A stretch of 63,995 nucleotides of DNA, filler included, from Reticulomyxa filosa (lineage: Eukaryota; Protista; Foraminifera), in the NCBI GenBank assembly GCA_000512085.1. It is 18 parts of 18 records of this genome, joined end to end, with 100 filler letters (N's around TTAATTAATTAA, not from the genome) between each part and the next. Parts side by side here need not be neighbours in the genome. Positions count along the whole stretch, not along the records: positions 1 to 17,602 come from ASPP01007874.1; positions 17,703 to 25,770 come from ASPP01021807.1; 16 more parts are not named here. One strand, written 5' to 3'. Positions within the stretch are counted from its first letter, which is position 1; each line of letters opens with the position of its first letter. A model generated the notes under the pieces. The model saw nothing but the letters and a program-made list of their open reading frames with translations, made no database searches and had not been told where the DNA came from. The position numbers and the translations under genes are program-made. Of the stretch, positions 11,491 to 22,819 are shown piece after piece.

Positions 11491-14400
11491 ATGACGGAGA
11501 ACAAAGACATAAATGGAGCTGATCTCGCTGAAGAGACAGAAAATAATACGATCAATGGACACAAAAGAAAGCGAACAGTGGAGAGACTGACAACAATCGC
11601 TCGCGAGAATCAAAGAAAGGACTTACGAATTTGTGTCGGCGACAAAGTTTAATTCTTTTTTTTTTTCTCCTTCTTCCCCCAAAATTTCGAAAAAGAAATC
11701 CTACATACGTATACAATGTTGATAATTGATTATTGGGGGGGACAATAGGTGGCATTAGACGACGATAAAGAAGGATATGTGCACTTCATTGGGCCGGTAC
11801 AAACAGATAAAAAAGGATTAGTTGAATACTATGGCATTGAAATAATGCCACCAAATGAAGGCCAGACTAATGGCAATTTTTATCATAGACAATGTTTCTT
11901 TCCTAAAAATCCTCGTAGTGCTGTTTTAGTTCCCAAACAAAAAATTACTGCCATTGTCAAACGTAAGTCTTTTTGTTTTCATTTAATTTTTTTTTCTTTT
12001 TTCCTTTTTTTAGAGGAAACAAAGACTTTTTTTTAAAAAAAGGGGAAGACAAAAAAAAAAGGAACAATGTGTTTTGGTGTTTTTTATATATGTATAATAT
12101 TAATAATATATGTGTATATATATTTGGAATAAGCGATCAATGGATTGCGACTGACTATTCATGACAAAGTCAAAGTTAAGGGAAGATCGAACGGTGAAGT
12201 CAAATTCATTGGACCGACTTTGTTTGGTCCAAATGTATGGTACGGTGTGGAATTAGACAGCAAATTAGGGCGCAATAATGGAATGGTCCAAGGGGTACGC
12301 TATTTTCAAGCGCAAGCGCAGACTGCTGTGTTTGTTAGAGAAGAAGCACTCATTCCACTCGGTTTTGTTTTTTTTTTTGGCCACGGGTCTCTTTTTTTTT
12401 TTCTTCCTCCTTTCTCACCTTCCTTTTTTTAATCTTGCCTTCCTTTAAAAATTCCTTCACTTTGTGACTCTTCCTTTCCTATCGTCAACTATTTCCTCAC
12501 TATCAAAAGGAACAAGGTGTCGTCCTATCCCTTCCCTCTCACGCACACTTAAAAAACTGCAACAAACTTTTAACGTTTTGAGCTGCCTTTCTTCATGTCA
12601 CAGCCCACATAAATGCTTTGTCCCCCCCTTTTTTTTTATATCATTGCTCGTTGCTGAATCGTGTTGTTTGAAGCAACAGATTCCTGTCTTAGGGGGACTG
12701 TGCCGTTTGCTCTTACGGTGTTGTGAGGAGAGCCAACGCTGAGTAACATAACAAAGGAAAATAGCAAACAATCAACACAACCATATACAAACAAATAAAC
12801 AAAAAAGACAAGAGCGGAAATCCCAAGCAGTTCAAAATGGAATATCAGCCCAAAGCCCCAATAGAGATGGCATCCGATCTGTTTGAAGCATGCGCCAAAG
12901 GAGATTTGAAGACAGTTCGAGCAATTCTCGCAATTGACAAAACAGTAGCGAAACATGCAGTCGATCCTCACACTGAAGCAAGCGCGCTAATGACCGCATG
13001 CTATCACGGCTTTCATGCGATTGTTCATGAACTACTCATCACCAAACAAATTGACGTCAATGAGACCAATTATCACGGCCTAAACGCTTTGCACTTTACA
13101 GCCCAAGCAGGATTCGATAATATTGCAGAATTACTAATCAAACATGGCGTTGATGTCGATATGCGCACGGAAGATGGTATCACCGCTTTATACATTGCTG
13201 TTGAAAAAGGACACGAACTAGTTGTCGAAAAATTATTGACTAGCTATGCTGATGTCAACTTATGTATGTCTTTGTGAAAAACAGACAAAACAAACAAAAT
13301 AATATGTGCATACCACCTCATCACATTTTGGAAGAGGAACAACATTCGTTTGTATCGGAAACAACACACATAGCATCGCGAGAAGACGAGTCCCCTTTAA
13401 TTCAGGCTTGTCATCGTGGATACGATAAGATTGTGAAACGATTGTTACGAGCTCCCAATATTCGGGTAAACCAAAGAAGAAAAAACGATGGTGCCACGGC
13501 ATTGTTTGTTGCTTGTCGCGAAGGACATACCGAATGTGTGCGAGAGTTATTGTCAAATATTCAAATACACGTGAATGAATCCAAAACGAATGGCCGCTCA
13601 CCTTTGTTCATTGCGGCCTTTTTTGGGCATTTGAATATTGTCGACATATTGTTGAAACATAGTGAAAAAATGAACGAAAGACGTATTGAACATGGAATTA
13701 TCAATGTGGACCAATCCGACTCCAAAGGATTTACTCCTTTGTTTGTTGCTGCACAAAATGGACATACGGAAATTGTCAAGTTGTTGCTAGAATATGGGGT
13801 GTGTTTGCCTTCGTCTATTATTTATATCTCTTTCGTGTAGTTTATATCATAACATACTGTGCATGGGCGTATGTAACAGGCCGATGTGAATCAAGCAGAG
13901 CAGAGAGGACACACTCCTTTGTGGATATCAGGATTACGTGGCCATGTGGATGTGGTCCGTGTGTTGTTGGCACATCCAAATATCGATATTGACTACAAAG
14001 ATTTGAGTGGAGTTACGGCATTGTGGGCAGCGTGTCAAAATAATAATGTGAATGTGGTTGAATTGTTATTGCATCCCAGAGACGTTGAAGCCAAAGTGGA
14101 AACTCAAGGACACAGCAAAAAATTAACTTTGGCAAGCAGTGAAGGTCTATTTCTGCCAATTGATGAGGAAGCCGATAAAAACATGCACGAATTGGATCTT
14201 GGTGACTTGAATTTGGAGAAACTGGAAAAATCGCGAGAAAGTGAAGACGAAGATGAAGACGCTCCCAAAAGGAAAAGCGATAGAAAAAATGAGGATGCTG
14301 CAAAAAAAGGCAACTCAGAAAATACAACTGACGACAATAGAGATAACGCTGTCGAAACGCCAACTGACAATTCCACTGAGCCAAGACATGCTCATCGGCG

Positions 14401-15207
14401 AACAAACAGCCGTTTGTTGTGGAGGAAAAAAGGGCAAAGAAAAGGAGCTGATCCAAACTTGGCCAAACATGATGGTTGTACTCCATTGTGGATAGCCGCA
14501 TCACGAGGAAATCACGAATGTATGAAGCATTTAATCCATTACGGTGCGAACTTAGATAAGGCCGATCGATCTCAAGTTTTGCATTGTATTTGTATCTGCA
14601 ATTTCAATTAACTTGTGTGGCACAGCAGCTGACAATGTTTGCTTTTTTTTTTTTTGTGATTTGCCAGGGAGCAACACCGCTGTTTGTGGCATGCCAAAAC
14701 GGCAAAAAAGAAGCTGTTGATTTGCTATTGGGTGCCAGAGCGGATGTGAACAAGCCCAGAAACGGAGATGGAACAACGCCTCTGATGATGGCAGCGCATA
14801 ACGGTCATAGCGACATTGTTGATGTATTACTGCGCTCTGGAGCGGATCCTATGCGCAGCAACTCCACCGGTTTGAATGCATTGGGTTGTGCTGCTATGCA
14901 AGGACATGCACGTATTGTGAAACTGTGCTATCAGCATTTATGCCGTGTTAAAACACCCGAGAGTATTCGTAAGTTTGTCAATTCAGGTGACCAGGTCAAC
15001 GGATGGACTCCTCTGCATTTGGCGTGTATGGGAGGACACACTAGAGTTATCAAATTTTTGATTGATAAAGTACGAGTGGATATCTTTCAAAAAGATTACG
15101 AAAATAAGACCGCTTTGGAACATGCGTGGCAAAATGGTCATCAAGACATTGTATCGTGGTTGTCACAGCTTGAAAATCAGTATCAGCAACAATTGGCTGT
15201 CGTTTAA
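11491..15207 (+). CDS. Protein with two N-terminal CAP-Gly domains and a long ankyrin-repeat array; about 7 exons
   Basis: CAP-Gly motifs YYGIEI...GQTNG (11749-11963) and WYGVELDSKLGRNNGMVQGVRYF (~12133-12361). Intron 12362-12807 joins in phase to ankyrin repeats (GxTPLxxAxxxGH) in ORFs 12837, 13262, 13886 and 14584. Stop at 15207. Confidence 0.88.
12644..12748 (+). ncRNA. Candidate structured intronic RNA element
   Basis: GC-richer island in a 446-nt intron. Closing stem TTGCTC-GTTG/CAAC-GAGTAA encloses hairpins GAATC-TGTTG/CAACA-GATTC, GTCT/GGAC and GCTCT/AGAGC. Confidence 0.35.
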
Positions 15208-16232
15208 ACATTGTGAAAATCGAAAGAAAAAAAAATTGTGTATTGTGGAATAAACAGCACATGTGTATTTGGTTTATGTTTGTACGGGTCAATGACCATG
15301 CTTTTTTGTGTTTGTTTTTTGCTGTCTTTTTTTTGTTTGTTTTGTTTTTTTGTTTCTTGTTGTTTGTTTCCATCAGATCTGATTTTGAGATGGTTGCTGT
15401 GAAAACCACGAATTTCAGCGAACACTTGATTGAACTTTGCACTTTTTTTTCTTTCTTTTTTTGTTTTTTTTGTTTCGTTTGGTCTGCCATATTGTTTGGA
15501 TTGAGAAGTACGCACCGTATGCAAAAATGCATATGTTTTGTTATTATCTTTACATTTCGTGCTGTTCATCAACGTATGTGACAATCCATTTGAGGCAAAA
15601 GCAGGAACCATTGAAAGTTTTGTAAATTGGAATACGATCATTGGGGTTCTTTTGTAACAATAACCCCCAAAATTGAATTTACATATTTTCGAATAACTTT
15701 TTTTGATGAAATTGTATTGGGAGTTTGAAAGGGGGCAAATATTAAGTTAGAAAATGTTAACATCAATAAAGAGTAAAAAAATATTTTTAATAATTTACAA
15801 CTTTGGTTATGTAGAGTGATACACAAATGCAGATCTAACTGATTTGTATCGAGACCAGAATAATATTTGAATTTGGACTGTATAACTACATAAAAGTGGT
15901 AAACATGAGAAAATCGATCATATGTAGTTACAAAGCACTGCATATGAAGATTGTAAATTTTCTATGTCAAAAAAATTTTAAAAAATCATTAAGTACAATT
16001 GATATTGTAAAAAAAAGAATAAAAATGTTTGTAATTGACAAAAAAGATTGTAGGAAAAAAATAAAACGTATTTTGAAACAATTGAAGATTTGTAGATATT
16101 TTTAACAAAATTTTGAAGAAATGTTTATTTTTATTTAGTTTTATTATTTAAATAACTTTATTGTATATGATCTTCATTGACCATATGACCTGTATTGTGT
16201 AGTGCTGATGTGCAAAGTGTAATTCGAACATA

Positions 16233-17147
16233 CTGTAGTTTGCAAAAAAAACAGTACACAAAAAAAAGGTAGCTTTTTTAGTATTTGACTTGTATATCTT
16301 TATTGAAAACAGCTAAAGTAAAAACAATTTTGTAGATATGTAGACAAATCAAATAATATCTTTCCTCTATGTTGTACTATCTTATATCTTGCATTTATTT
16401 GAAAAGTTCTATATCTTTCTTTTTCCTCAGGGGTTTGAAAATTTAATGTTAAAAAAAAACTATCTTACCAAACAAAAAAGTTTAAAACGCATTATACTGA
16501 CTAATATTAAAGTGTTTAACGCACAATAAACATAAGAAAATAAAAATGATTATGTTGAATCAATGTGATGAATTTACAAAGGTAACAGCTTTGCAAATGC
16601 TTTTGGATGTAAAGTATGCGAAAAGTGGCAAAATACTTCAAGGTTGGAGTGATGACTGTCCAAAATTGGAAAAAAACGTTTCAAACAAACGGAATATAAA
16701 CATAAAGCATGGATCATTAAGAAAATTTATTTTGAGTGATAAAATAGGCAATCGAGTGGTCAGTTGGTTGGTAACTGATAACTGTGAAACTGTAAATGAC
16801 ATACAAAGAGAAATTTAAAAAACTGACAGCATATACTTGCGTCACAAATAAAGCTTCTTTAAACACAAGTGTAAACGTTTGTTAAATGGATTATCTTTTC
16901 TTTACAGTTTGATATAGATAGAAAAGAAAAGGCATAATGTAAAAGTCAGCTAAAAAAATTGAATGTATAACCTTTCGAATAAATGCAAGAGATAAGATAA
17001 TATAATATAAATAAAAGATAGTATTTGATTTGTTCTATGTATCTACAAAATTATTTTTACTTTAGCTCTTTTCAATAAAGATATACTAGTTAAAAACTAA
17101 AAAAGCATTATTTTTTTAAGTTGTACTGTTTTTTTTGCAAACTACTA
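16233..17147 (+). mobile_element. Non-autonomous Tc1/mariner-like DNA transposon with ~180-bp imperfect terminal inverted repeats and a transposase N-terminal remnant
   Basis: Perfect 24-bp inverted repeat GTAGTTTGCAAAAAAAACAGTACA (16235-16258 and 17122-17145). Inverted similarity continues over ~16233-16410 vs ~16967-17147. TA at the left flank. Internal ORF 16546..16818 has a GSLRKF...ETVNDIQREI segment reminiscent of Tc1 DNA-binding regions. Confidence 0.8.
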
Positions 17148-17602
17148 TCACATCTTGCGACATTCAGTAAAAAACAAGTAAACTAAATCAAAAGGATAAA
17201 TGACAACAACATCAAAACAAGAATATAGAAAAACGATATAAAAAGAGAAATAAGTTGTTAAAATATATTTCAAGTTCGCTTGACCATTTACATAAACAGT
17301 ATATCATTTTCACAAGTGTTAATTTATGTGTTTATGATTTGATCAAATCACTTGTTGTTGCGACAATCAATAACACCAACAATGATACATTCAATAACAA
17401 TATACATTCTTATGTTGTTCCAAAGTGTTGAATGTTCAACTGATAATTTATTTGGTGTTGTCTGATATTGACTAACTGCCACTTATGACGTGATATTTAT
17501 AACAATATATCTTATACCATATTCAATTACATATTTCAAGTATATTGCACTTTTTCTTTGGCAGTGACAAGTTAAAATTGACTTCTGTAGGAGAAGCTCC
17601 TA

Positions 17603-17702
17603 NNNNNNNNNNNNNNNNNNNNNNNNNNNNNNNNNNNNNNNNNNNNTTAATTAATTAANNNNNNNNNNNNNNNNNNNNNNNNNNNNNNNNNNNNNNNNNN
17701 NN
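17603..17702. other. Artificial contig linker N44-TTAATTAATTAA-N44. First of 17; the others start at 25771, 27034, 29723, 32181, 35450, 37123, 38808, 44048, 48907, 50550, 52790, 53922, 55155, 57478, 58692 and 62409
   Basis: Identical 100-bp blocks with a six-frame stop/PacI core; genes are truncated at the edges. Confidence 0.98.
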
Positions 17703-17811
17703 AAAAAAAAAAAAAAAAAACGGGCAATCGCATTTAGTTTTTTTTTAAAATGTGGACGCATAAAAAACACGTCGGAAAAGAAAAAAAGAATGTGTGTTGT
17801 GATTAAAGTAG

Positions 17812-18449
17812 GATGAATCAACGATTATCCATTTAGCAGTAGAAAACCATCATCCAAATGTACTGAGCCGACTTCAAATTCTGAAAAGATATATGCCTGA
17901 AGAGTCGTGGGAGCGACTTTTGGAAATCAAAGACAAAGTTTTTTTTAATCAAAAGAAAAACATTTATTTTAATTTGAAGCGATAAAGAAAACCCAATTCT
18001 GTGATCACTTTTGCTTTTGAACAGTACGGATATGTTCCATTGATGTCAACATTCTATCTGTCATCAGAAGTAGCGGATGACACAGTCGCCTTACTAATTC
18101 CACAGTCATCACACGAAAACGATTATGAATTTTGGAGAACTACCACAACGAGTCACAGTAGTATGCCAGGGTGCAACATCATTCATCTTTGTGTTGCAAA
18201 CAAAAAAGGCAATGATGTTGCCAGGATCGAATGTTTACGTCGTCATATGCCGCCTTCCGTGTGGAATAAATTGGTCGAGAGTACCAACATCGCCAAAGTT
18301 TTGCATTTTTTTTTTCTTTCTTCTTTGGCTTTCTTTGACATCTCTCCTTATGACATTGTCCTTGCCTTCAGCTTCAAGAAACTCCACCAGAAATGGCAAT
18401 GCGTCTTGGTTTTTCATACAAAATTATGGCGTTGTTAAAAAAACAATAA
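17812..18449 (+). CDS. 3' exons of a divergent ankyrin-repeat-like protein (5' truncated by contig end)
   Basis: Exons encode STIIHLAVENHH, YGYVPLM, CNIIHLCVAN and ETPPEMAMRLGFSYKIMALLKKQ*. Internal duplication RYMPEESWERLLE / RHMPPSVWNKLVE. Confidence 0.6.
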
Positions 18450-18676
18450 ATGTTTTGGTTCGATTATTTGTTTATATGTTTTTTTGTTATTGGCACGCAA
18501 ATTTGCAGTAAAACTTTTTTTCCGTTTTTCTTTCGATTTCATTAGCATCATACCAAAATCCTTTTCCTACAAGTGAGCTTTTTTTTTGAGGGAGCAAAAA
18601 CAAGCAGAAATTTTTGAGATTACTCAATAAACTAGTTCATTAGTGGCGCAATCAAATCCCACCCTAATATCTAAAG

Positions 18677-19295
18677 ATGAAAGAAGTAGTGTGTTATTTA
18701 TTGGCTCGCTTGGGAGGAAAAGACAAACCATCAAAAGAAGTTGATTTTTTTAAGCTTTGTTTTTTGTCAGTTAAAGTGAACACTTAAGAAAAAAATTGAC
18801 TGCAGGACATAACCAAAATCCTCGATAGCGTGGGAATAAAACCTGATGAAGGCAAATTGAATGCATTGTTTGAAGATTTGGAAAAATCAGGCAAAAATGT
18901 TGACGAAGCCATTCAACAAGGCTTGGACAAATTGGCAGCAGTACCTGCTGGTATGGCCACGTTTACGCAATGTCGAACATTTTTTTGTTGAAAAGGTAAG
19001 AATGCAACAACACTAATGATAACAAAAACAAACAAAAATAAAGGTGGTGCAGCAGTTGCAGTAGCAACTGGAGCTGCTCCCGCTGGTGGCGCTGCCCCTG
19101 CAGCTGAAGCAAAAAAAGATGACGAGGAGGAAGAAGAAAAAGAATCTGAGGACGGTATGTGCTTCAATTTAATTTTTAATATCATGTGTTTTATTTGCTT
19201 TAAAAAAAATAAATGGGATTATGAAATTGTATTTAATGATAACAGCTCCCAAAGATTTGTTCGGCGGTGGCGGTGGAGACAGTGATTCTGATTAA
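18677..19295 (+). CDS. RPLP2: 60S acidic ribosomal protein P2, 4 exons
   Basis: MKEVVCYLLARLGGKDKPSKE-DITKILDSVGI...QGLDKLAAVPAG-GAAVAVA...AAEAKKDDEEEEEKESED-APKDLFGGGGGDSDSD*, i.e. a P2-type N-terminus, Ala-rich hinge and acidic tail. Confidence 0.93.
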
Positions 19296-19770
19296 ACTTT
19301 CTGCTTCCAACTTTCTTGAATTATCAAAATTGAGAATACAACTATTCCACTGTTTGTGCCCCAAATCGTGTCATTGTAATTTTTTTAATTTTGTTTGAAT
19401 TAACATATTTCATTGTTTCTTCAAACCCATTCAAACGCGGCGCAAAAATGAATATTAAACATCTCAAGATATATTTTCACTTTTTTTGAACAATTACCTA
19501 AAGGGGTCTTAAATCCTAAAACGTCGAACATGTTACATAAAAATGATTTTTTGTCATTGGGTTTAAAATGTTTTTATTCTGGCTAAACTCTTGAATTTGT
19601 AGAGTAAGTCCCACACTGTAGGGCAAGCCCTTATCACACATAGTTGAACTTGTATGGAACTGAGGAGCTCCCTTTGGTTAAACTTCCTCAGTTAACTACT
19701 TCTTACTTCCTTGTCTTTTCTTACTTTCCTTTTATTGAAATTGTTTTTTTGGAACTATGTCCTTGGAGTT

Positions 19771-19868
19771 TTACGTGTTGTGGGGAGTCTACTGTGGAGA
19801 ATCTGCACTAAATGTAATACGAAAGGAACTTTGTGGAGCCCTGTTGGCATAGAACTCTCTTTACAAAT
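19771..19868 (+). ncRNA. Candidate box H/ACA snoRNA
   Basis: Hairpin 1 closed by TTACGT/ATGTAA; ANANNA box ATACGA at 19817-19822; hairpin 2 closed by AAAGG/TCTTT; ACA at 19863-19865. Confidence 0.4.
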
Positions 19869-20965
19869 CACGCTATCACTTTTCTTGTTGTGTTCTTTTC
19901 GTTTGTCATTTTGTTTTCTTTAATTTAATTTTTTGCTTGGTTTTGAAATTAGCTCAAGGCACTATATTTTGGTATTAAATTTAATTCTATCTAGCAATTA
20001 ACGTCAATACTACTAAGTTTATTTGCTTTCGCAACAGATCAAATAAGCTTTTTTTTATTTTATTTTAGAGAATGCAAGCGCATATTAGCGTTAAACTTGC
20101 AAAACCAGTTTGCCCGCTTATCCAAAAAGAACATAACGCGCTAAAAAATCAAATAAAAGAAGCAAATTGTCAAATACACTAACTTACACTTATAACAGCA
20201 AACACAATTTAATGGATTCAGATAAACAATAATTAATTAACAAAAAATTAAAAAAGAATTCAATATAGATAAGATCAAAAGGCAAATCATCATTGTGAGT
20301 ACTATAACCTGTGATAGTATATGATGTCTATGCCTCTCTTAATCCTGCTGCGATCTAGCATTTACCACCCTTTTGCCTTCATAAGGTGAAAACTTTAATA
20401 AGAATTAGAAAATTAATTTAAATTAAACAAAAAAAAAGATGATGTAATATGTATAAAGTGTTTTTTTTGTTGCAATAAGCATTAGGGGGCTCTTCGTTGC
20501 TGCTGGCCTCGGGCAGAGACAACAATAAGGGTTTGATTTTCTTTTTTATTTCTGGACTGCAGTATGTATTGCGATTTTCCGGGCCACTTTTAATCAATAT
20601 GTTGATATTTTAGACATTCTTTGCATGTATATGGAGGTGAAATGATGGCATATCTCACCATTTATATCAGAATCCCAATTGATCACTAGTTTGAGTTTGG
20701 TCTTAATGATTGGAAGGTGTCTTTGATTTTTTTTTTTGATTAATAAGCAGGCCGTTGTTCTGTGTGGATGGTAGTTAAAGACAATGCTGAAGCCAAAAGG
20801 AACAAACAAAATTTTTGAATTTTTAATGAAATAATTTAAATTTTTTGGATTACATTTCTCTTTATTCACGTTATTTTCTGTTAAAAAAGAGTTTCCACTT
20901 TCCTTTGTTTTGCACAATTTTTTTTTTTTGCAGTTTGATCAACAAATGAGTCTATTAAATTTACA

Positions 20966-22025
20966 TCATCCCCACAATCGAATTGTTTCATCGTTAGAAG
21001 ATGAAACAATTGTATAGCAATCAGGTGAAATATCAACTCTCGTAACGCTTAAGGTGTGTCCCTCTAATTTTTGTATTTCTTGTCCTGTTTCCGTATCCCA
21101 TATTCGAATTGTTTCGTCATGTGAGCATGATACAATGAACCGACCATTTGGAGAATATTTCACATCAGTGACCCAGTTTGAATGTCCTTGACATGCGTTT
21201 TGTTTTTTTTTTGAATTTGCATTCCATATACAAATTGTACCATCAGTTGCGCCAGATACAATAGAGAGACCATCAGGGGAAAATTGTGCCCTTAATGCAA
21301 GGCCTGAAAATCCACTCAATTCACCCACTTGTTGACCTGATTGCACACTCCATAGTCCAATTACTTGGTCATATGAAGACGATACAGCAGTTTGTCCGTC
21401 AGGAGAAAATTTTGCATCACGCACTCCAGTTGAGTGTCCAGTAAGCATTTTGACATCATAATTAGTATTAAACTTCCACAAGCTAATAGTTGCATCAAGT
21501 GAACTTGACATAACGATAGTTCCATCCGGTGAAAATTGAGTTGTCATAACTGATAGTTGGTGTTGTTTAAATTTTTTAATTTCCAGCCCTGAGCTTACAT
21601 TCCAAATTCGAACAGTATTATCATTTGAACATGACACAATCATGCTTCCATCAGGTGAAAATCCTGCGTCATTAACCCAAGATACATGTCCATCGAGTTT
21701 TTGGATTGTTGTTCCAGATTTCACGTCCCATATTCGAACTGTTTTATCATATGACGCTGAAACAATCTTAGTCCCATCTGGTGAAAATTTTACACTAGTA
21801 ACGTAGTGTGAATGTCCTTGGAGCTCTTTTATTAATCTGAAATGCATTACCTAATTGTATAATTATTTATTCTATTAAAAAATAAAAAATAACAAATACT
21901 TACGCATGTGACACAAACTGCTAAACGTATTGTGCAATAATTCTGTTAAAGTCATCAATCCACCCCCTATTGATAAACAAACACCTAGTCCAGCTTTCTA
22001 AAATTATATATATATCTTCGTGCAT
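20966..22025 (-). CDS. WD40-repeat protein (7 repeats) with an N-terminal W-T-R...GWIDDF exon
   Basis: ORF 20966..21847 has GH...FSPDG...S.D.TIR.WD repeats. Upstream exon [33 protein letters not shown] at 22025-21927. Confidence 0.9.
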
Positions 22026-22819
22026 CTGTTTTATTTATTGTCGGTGTAAATTTTGCTTTGTGTCACAATAAATAGTTACCGAATAAATAGCCTTTTTTTT
22101 GTTCATTGTGTTCTCTCCGCAAAGTCTGTACTTCCAATACGAAACGACGTTTATATGTTAAATAGCAGTTGTTACAACTGGCCCAAGTGATCTTTTGATA
22201 ACGTGAAATGAGAAGCGCTTTTGTCAGTCTTATTTTAATACACAATTAGCGTTTAAAACTTTTGACTCAACTTCCCTTAAACAATAAATCTCACTGCACG
22301 TGCCAACATCAAAAAGCGGCTTTCGGAAGAGTCCTCAAATAAGAAAAACTGAATGCAACGAAACACATTCCCATAAACAAAATATTATTTGTTCAATTGT
22401 TTCATCATTCGTTTTGTTTGTAGGCTTTTCTCATCGTATCATTGCTAAGAAAGTGGATTTATAAGAAAGAGTGTATCTAAAGATGATTGAAAAAACACGC
22501 TTTGTTAAAAAATTCTTGTGGCCAGGTAACGTGAAAGTTCATTTCAGTGGATTGCAAAATTTAAATTTTTTATAAAGATAAAGATAATCTTGTTAGGATT
22601 GAGAGGTATTTATAATTGAAATGGGCACATGTATTGTCACAAGTACAACATCTGCGCAATCAGTTGAAAATCGAGCAGACACTGCTGCTCCTTTTGCGGA
22701 CAGCTCATTATTTGACAACAAAACCACTAGGATCCGGATACAATACTCAGTTATGTGTCATAAACAAAAATAAATCCAAAAACTGTATTTCAACAATGAA
22801 ATGACAGATCCTAAGTAAG

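Noticed and set aside
20218-20293. Minus-strand box C (ATGATGA) and box D (CTGA) ~75 nt apart
   Set aside because: The interior is low-complexity T-rich sequence with no recognisable guide or good terminal stem, and box C is part of another hairpin.
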